Position numbers and translations under genes: made by a program. DNA of 32,000 bases from Ureaplasma parvum serovar 3 str. ATCC 27815 (GTDB lineage Bacteria; Bacillota_I; Bacilli_A; Mycoplasmatales; Mycoplasmoidaceae): contig NC_010503.1 of assembly GCF_000019345.1 (NCBI RefSeq), forward strand, positions 330,001 to 362,000. Reading direction: 5' to 3'. Position 1 is the first letter of the stretch. Each line of letters begins with the position of its first letter. A model generated the notes under the pieces. The model did no database searches. It had not been told where the DNA came from and saw only the letters and a program-made list of their open reading frames with translations. Below, piece by piece: positions 25,938-32,000 of the stretch.

Positions 25938-25971
25938 AAAAACCCACTCTTATAAAAAAGAGTGGGTTTTT
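25938..25971. terminator. Terminator shared by rnpB (+) and the rimI-like operon (-)
   Basis: AAAAACCCACTCTT / AAGAGTGGGTTTTT. Confidence 0.9.
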
Positions 25972-25974
25972 GTA

Positions 25975-26415
25975 TTATGTTTGATTATATTTTCAAATCA
26001 TTAAAATAGCATCAGAACCATTGGCATAATATCTTTTGCGAATGTTTTGTTTTATAAAACCATGCTTTAAATAAAAATTTAATGCATTTGTATTAAGATC
26101 GCTTACTTCTAATAATATGTTTTGCTTTTTTTGTTTTAATAAATCAATTAATAAACTACCAATTTTTAAATTACGATAATTTTCATCAACACCAATTTTT
26201 AAAATTTCATTAAAATCAACACTCTTCATATAAATTAAATAAGCAATGTTTTTTTGCTCATATTCAACAATTATTATTTGATAATTTGAATTATGAAAAA
26301 TTTCTTCTAAATTTCTCATCGAATAACAATCATTTAAGAAAAATCTATTTTCAAAAATAGCAATATCATTCAAATCTTTTTGATCAGCAGGTCTAATTAA
26401 GAGGTTTTTTAACAT
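25975..26415 (-). CDS. GNAT acetyltransferase, RimI-like, 146 aa
   Basis: LIRPADQKDLNDIAIFENRFF...ILKIGVDENYRNLKIGSLLIDLLKQ...LLEVSDLNTNALNFYLKHGFIKQNIRKRYYANGSDAILMIWK. Extended through a TGA to TAA at 25975-25977. Confidence 0.85.
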
Positions 26416-26968
26416 AATTTAATCTAAAATCTAAGATATTAGTTAACTTAAAATTATCAAATTTTAAGTTATATATGAGATCATGATAGTCAATTTGATT
26501 TGCATCAATTATTGTTAATGATGTATTTTTTAATTCATTTTGTAATTCTTTATTAGTAATAATTTTATATTCGTTTTGAATATTATTAGTAATAGTTATT
26601 ACATACGATTTATTACCTTTAGCATCTAAATAAACAAAAACATCATTCTTACCATTGGCTATAATATTTAAACTATCATTAATAAAAAGTTTAATTTTAT
26701 TAAAAATTGTACAAATCGTTTTAGCAACAATAGCACCAACACGTATTCCAGTAAATGATCCTGGACCAGTATTTAAATATATTGCTTCTAGATCTTGATA
26801 TTGCAAGTTAGTGATTTTTAATAAATTATTAAGGTGTTCAACAATAATATCTGTAAGATTATTGTTTGTATCAACAATAATGCTAGTATGGATTTTAAAG
26901 TTTTTATAAATTGCTAAAATACATTTTCTTGATGTAACATCAATAAACAATTGGTATGTACTATTCAT
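26393..26968 (-). CDS. tsaB: tRNA t6A37 threonylcarbamoyltransferase complex protein TsaB, 191 aa
   Basis: LFIDVTSRKCILAIYK...LEAIYLNTGPGSFTGIRVGAIVAKT. It lies next to the RimI-like gene. Confidence 0.88.
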   Translation of the reverse strand: MNSTYQLFIDVTSRKCILAIYKNFKIHTSIIVDTNNNLTDIIVEHLNNLLKITNLQYQDLEAIYLNTGPGSFTGIRVGAIVAKTICTIFNKIKLFINDSLNIIANGKNDVFVYLDAKGNKSYVITITNNIQNEYKIITNKELQNELKNTSLTIIDANQIDYHDLIYNLKFDNFKLTNILDFRLNYVKKPLN

Positions 26969-27860
26969 TTGCTTTTAACTCTCTAATTAATTCCATAAAT
27001 TCTTTTGGCATATTGATTTTAAATTCTACTTTTTTATTAGTGGATGGATGATTAAAACTAATATAAAAACTATGCAAGTATTGCTCGTATTCTGTGGTAT
27101 GTTTACTAATCCCATATAAAGGATCATTATAAACAGGGTGATTAATATAACGCATATGAACCCGTATTTGATGAGTTCTACCAGTAATAATACTTACTTC
27201 AACAAGGGCGGTATTTTTATATTGCTCAAGTACTTTAACGATACTGATAGCCTCTTTAGTATTTTTAGAATTGCCTGTTTTCATTCTTAATTTATCTTGA
27301 TAACTATGGCCAATAGGCTCATTGATCATAAAATGCAAATGCTGCATATCAAAACGATTATGAACAATAGCATAATAACTTTTTCTTATGGTTTTTTGCA
27401 TAAATTGTTGTTGCAAAGAATTAAGCGCTATTTGATTTTTACAAATTATAATTAATCCAGATGTATTTTTATCCAAACGATGTGTAATATAAAAATTATC
27501 AGTTTTTAAATAATATTTTAAAGCGTTTGCTAATGTATTTTGCTCATGAAAACTAGTTGGATGAACTAACATACCAGAAGGTTTGTTAACGATCAATAGA
27601 TCCTGATCTTCAAAGATAATTTCTAATGAATATACAAACGGTAACAATTTTTTTTGCTCTTGCACTATAGGTAGTTCGTTATTGATTTGAATATAATCAT
27701 TCTTTTTTAATAAATAACTTGCTTTACTAATAAAATTGTCATTAACTAATATTAGGTTTTGGTCTAACATTTTTTTAATTAATGTTCGTGAATAATTAGT
27801 ATTTTCTACTAAAAATTTATCGATGCGTTGAGACGACATTAAAGAATATAGTATTTTCAT
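26961..27860 (-). CDS. RluD-family 23S rRNA pseudouridine synthase, 299 aa
   Basis: S4-like N-terminus (RIDKFLVENTNYSRTLIKKMLDQNLILVN), LLIVNKPSGMLVHP, THRLDKNTSGLIIICKN, EVSIITGRTHQIRVHMRYINHPVYNDPLYG. Confidence 0.93.
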   Translation of the reverse strand: MKILYSLMSSQRIDKFLVENTNYSRTLIKKMLDQNLILVNDNFISKASYLLKKNDYIQINNELPIVQEQKKLLPFVYSLEIIFEDQDLLIVNKPSGMLVHPTSFHEQNTLANALKYYLKTDNFYITHRLDKNTSGLIIICKNQIALNSLQQQFMQKTIRKSYYAIVHNRFDMQHLHFMINEPIGHSYQDKLRMKTGNSKNTKEAISIVKVLEQYKNTALVEVSIITGRTHQIRVHMRYINHPVYNDPLYGISKHTTEYEQYLHSFYISFNHPSTNKKVEFKINMPKEFMELIRELKANE

Positions 27861-27862
27861 TG

Positions 27863-28654
27863 CTATGATTTTTTTAAGTCATCATATCCGAATGGTTTGT
27901 TAGAAATTTCGTTGATTTCTAAATCATTCTCATCGGCAACTTTTTTTATAATGTCTTGATTATCACTATCATTTTTTCATTTGATAATAAATCTAATAAC
28001 TAAAATAACAACTAATACACAAACACCAACAACAATATAAACATCAAAAAGATTAATTATACTATTAACAAATTTTCAATAATCAACAACACCATTAATA
28101 ACATCATCGCCTCCACCAACACTATTAGGATTTATAAGGCTATTGTGAAATATATTTGGTAAAGCATTGAATAATTCAAATTCTGGAATTGAGCGATCAA
28201 TAATATTTCCTAAACCGCCAAATAATAGAAAAAGCAATGGAACATAATAACAAGAATTTTTTAAAAAAATAAATGATAAAAATCCTAATATGATGGGGAT
28301 TGATTGTAAAGTATAAACAATTCCGCTATGGTTATTAATTCTACCAAGAGCAATCCCATTATTAAGTGTAAAATGAAAAATAGGACCATGATGCGTTTCT
28401 TTTGTTTTGACAACTAAATCAATAGCTCATTCACGAACCAAAAAACCTGATAATAGCACAATTAAAGCAACAATAATAAAATTAATTATTTTATAAAAAA
28501 TTACATCTAATGATGTTATTGATAAAAAGTAATCACGAATGCTTTTATTGTTTATTTTTAAAATAATTTTCTCAAAAAAATTTATTTTTCTAAGTGATTG
28601 ATTAAATTTTTTAATTATTATATAAAAATTTGAATTTTTGATTTTTTGAAGCAT
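27863..28654 (-). CDS. lspA: Lipoprotein signal peptidase (signal peptidase II), 263 aa
   Basis: LNNGIALGRINNHSGIVY..., LLFGGLGNIIDRSI..., GGGDDVINGVVDYWKF...INLFDVYIVVGVCVLVVIL: catalytic Asp contexts NxxDR and FNxAD-like. Extended through several TGA codons. Confidence 0.88.
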
Positions 28655-29199
28655 TATTTAATGTACTTTTCTGGACGTTCTTTCATCATTTTAGTTACAA
28701 ATTCATCTTTTTTAAGATGGCCATATTCTTTCATTAAAAGAACACATTCTTCATATTCTTTTTGAGCTCATATTTCATCTTCAAACCCCAAGATTTTAAC
28801 TTTTTTATTTTGTAAGTTTTTGTAATTTTCAAAGAAATCTTGCACTTCTGCTAATCAATGTAATGGAATATCTTTGAAATTATTAATGTGTTTATAACGA
28901 GGATCAACATCAATAACTGCCAATAATTTAGTATCTGTTTCTCCTCCATCAATCATTTTCATGGCGCCCAAAACACGTGCAGGTACTTTAATTCCTGGTT
29001 GGAATGCTTGATCAGCAAAAACCAAAACATCCAATTCGTCACCATCATAATCTAATGCTTCTTTTAAAAAACCATAATTATGAGGATAAACCATTGAACC
29101 GTGTAAGATACGATCAACCATGATTTCTTTAGTTGCACGATCATATTCATATTTAATATTTGAGTTCTTTGGAATTTCAATAGTTACATTTAATTTCAT
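28654..29199 (-). CDS. ppa: Inorganic pyrophosphatase, 181 aa
   Basis: [26 protein letters not shown]...[71 protein letters not shown]. Extended through TGA codons to TAA 28654-28656. Confidence 0.96.
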
Positions 29200-29364
29200 A
29201 CTACCTCTCCTTTTTATTAATCTAAATATCCTTAACTAATATTTTATAATTATATTATGTTTGTCTTATTTTATATTTGATAAAAATAATTGATTACCAA
29301 TAAAATATACTTAGAAATAATTAGTATCATTAACATAGAAATAAAAATAGTAAGGATATAGAAG

Positions 29365-29745
29365 ATGAAAAATTTTTCAAAAAATAGAAATATTAATAAT
29401 TTTAAAAACCCTTTAAGAGTTATTGAAGGAATTGTTCGTGAAATTAAAAATAATGAACTTCAAATTGATTTTGTTAATAGTCATAAAAAAGGAGTTTGTA
29501 AGTTTATTAATTTGACAGATTATCATTGAAATACAATTTCTTCGCGTTTTTTAATTAACAGTAAACACTTATTTTTAGTTTCAAAATTTGACCCAATTCG
29601 TCATGTTTATTGATTAAATTATAAAATTATTCATCCTATTGAAATTAAAAACAAACGTCGTTCTTACCCCACTTTATCTCATGATAGAAATTTACGGATC
29701 TTTTTAAATAATCTATTAGAAAAAGAAAATGAATTAAAAAACTAA
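29365..29745 (+). CDS. Small hypothetical protein, 126 aa, possibly a degenerate S1/OB-fold
   Basis: ATG 29365 follows TAAGGATATAGAAG. The frame reads through TGA to TAA 29743-29745: MKNFSKNRNINNFKNPLRVIEGIVREIKNNELQIDFVNSHKKGVCKFINLTDYHWNTISSRF... It is absent from the track. Confidence 0.65.
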
Positions 29746-29878
29746 AAATTTTTAACATATGAATTAAATTTTAAAATCAATTTATTTCATTAATTTAGAG
29801 AATTTTAATTATCAAAAAGCATTAAAAATTATTTTTATGTTCTAATAAATTTTATAAACATAATAAAAAAATAATTTA

Positions 29879-32000
29879 TTGAAAAGTATAATTTTAAACA
29901 ATGAAAACAAAAAAAGAGAAGATAAAAACATTTTTTTGCTTAAAATTATTATTATGTTTAGAAATTTAATTAAGAATGTCTATCGTTATTTGCTAAAAAG
30001 CAAAGCCTCTTTTATAGGTCTTTGCCTTTTATTGTTTGTGTCAATCTTTAGTTTTAGTATGTTAACAAATCTTTCTAAAACATTAACAAGATCATATACA
30101 AACTTAGTCAATAGACAAAAATTACATGATATAACTGTTAATGAAAGTTATATTGAAGATCAAAAAGATATTAAACAAGCTCAATTCAATAAGCTTTTAG
30201 AAGAATTAAAAGTTTTTTATGCACAAAAAGGTTTGAATTTTGATTGAACTCGTTCTAATTCATTGATTGTTAATTCGACAAAAGATGATATTACTTATAA
30301 AATTGTTCAGTATTCAACAAGTAAAACGATTAATACATTCGATAAACAAACAAGTGAACGTTTGATTAAAAATAGTTTTTCTGATATTGATTTATATGGG
30401 ATTTTAAATAATGCTAAAGTAGATGTTATTGATTTAATCAAAACTAAAACTTTAAATGCCAGTTTTGTCATTAATAATTTAAAAGAATTAGACAATAAAC
30501 AAAAAAGTAATTTGGTAAAATTAGCTAAAGTTGATAATTACGATGTTAGTATTAGTCAACAAGCACGACTTTATTTATTAAAAAATATTGTTTATGGTGC
30601 ATGACCATCAAAAACCAATAATTTATATAAAAAATTTAAAAAAGCTTATGAATATAGTCTAGAAGATAAAAATTACGATCCTTTAATTGGTAATATAAAA
30701 TTAAACAACAAAGCTAATTTTGATATTTTAGAAGCAAAAGAGATTAGCACACAATTCATTTTAATGTTATATCCATCAAAAAAAGGTATAAGTATAAATG
30801 GTAATGTTAATACTATTGTTAAAGGGCATCGAATAACTTTTAGTTTTGAACCCGCAGGGATTCCTATTCCAGTCTATTTTGATGTTAAATCTGCATACGC
30901 ATTAGTTGGTTTAGGTGCTTTTTTGTCTAATCATAACAAACAAAAATACCCAATGTATTTATGACAAAAAGCTTTAGTCGACCACGAAGAACAACAAAGT
31001 TTTGAAAAGTGATTCAATAGTTTGGATGAAAAATATATTATTCATATTGATAACACACCTTATTTAATTTTAGATAGTGGTATTACTCCTGATTTTATGT
31101 ATCCGATTATCTCATTCACTTCTGTTATTCCTAATCCAAAAAAAGAAGGACTAGTATATGTTAACTTAAATGGATATGCCCGTATTTACGATGCTTTTAG
31201 ATCTAATCCAATTGAAAATAATTTACAAATTCGTATCACAAATCAAAAGCATCAATCCGTTGATATCAGTATTTTAAAAAAAATTGTTAAAAATTTAAAT
31301 GATCAAATTAAAAAAGATGCTATCATGAACTGACCAACAAGTTTAGATGCTGCTTATTTAAAAGATGATACTAATAATCATATTACACCAAGCCCATTAA
31401 GATTAGTTTTCATTAACAAAATTACGAACACAATACAAACTTTTAGTGTTTTAATAACTTTATTTATTTTGATTCTAACAATTTTTGTAATTGTTATCAT
31501 CATCAACCGTTTTTTAGCACAAAATAAAATTAATATTGGTATTTCTATTGCTAATGGTGTTCCTCGTTGAAAAATCATTTTAAGTTTTGCTTTTATTGGA
31601 TTAATTCCATGTGTTATTGGTGGATTATGCGGTTATTTAACAGCTTATTTTACTCAAAATTTAGCAATTAATATTTTTAGTGGTTATTGATTAATTCCTA
31701 CAGTTTTAGAAAACTTTAATTTTGGTGCTTTAATAACAGTTATTATTTTCCCTTTTTTGTTGTTTTTTATTTTAATAGTTGGATTAGGTTATTGATCAAT
31801 AAGAAAACCACCAATTGATTTAATGCGTGGAACTGAAACATTTAAAATTTCTAAAATTGTTTATGTAATTAAATTTCCATTTAAATATATTAGTGGTTTT
31901 AATAAGTATTTAATTACACTATCTTTTTCATCAATTACAAGAATTATTATTTTTTCAATTATGATTGCTTTATCATTTGGATCGATTATGTTTTTAACTG
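29879..32000 (+). CDS. Large FtsX-like ABC transporter permease (5' portion; the 3' end lies beyond the window)
   Basis: One open frame joins the track ORFs at 29879, 30263, 30764 and 31022. N-terminal TM: MFRNLIKNVYRYLLKSKASFIGLCLLLFVSIFSFSML. A large extracellular-type domain is followed by TM bundles with NKINIGISIANGVPRWKIILSFAFIGLIPCVIGGLCGY. The true start may be ATG 29957. Confidence 0.85.

Overview
The window is from an AT-rich mollicute genome that reads TGA as Trp (genetic code 4). The supplied ORF track breaks most genes at TGA, so I re-merged them. By memory only, the 16S signature 'gagaagatgtagaaagtcgc' suggests the genus Ureaplasma. Contents: (i) the 3' part of a giant ORF (1-7683, open at the 5' edge, 2,560 codons) built from at least eight diverged ~290-aa repeats and ending in a different, Trp-rich C-terminal domain; (ii) a lipoprotein, a YebC-family gene, a membrane protein, recU, efp, an Asp23-like gene, nusB, rsmE and a 4-TM protein; (iii) a complete 16S-23S-5S rRNA operon with two tandem promoters and processing stems; (iv) greA and a Tyr-Gln-Lys-Leu-Gly tRNA cluster; (v) a tRNA/rRNA methyltransferase-like gene and nfo; (vi) minus-strand dnaI-like and dnaB-like genes, divergent from a small sigma-factor-like gene; (vii) rpsT, rnpB, and the minus-strand run ppa-lspA-rluD-like-tsaB-rimI-like; (viii) a small hypothetical gene and the 5' part of a large FtsX-like permease. 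I see no CRISPR array, transposon, prophage or recognisable defence system. The best candidates for something undescribed are the giant repeat protein, a possible ~150-nt minus-strand small RNA or leaderless mini-ORF at about 21.88-22.03 kb, and the sigma-like gene with its palindrome/phased A-tract control region.
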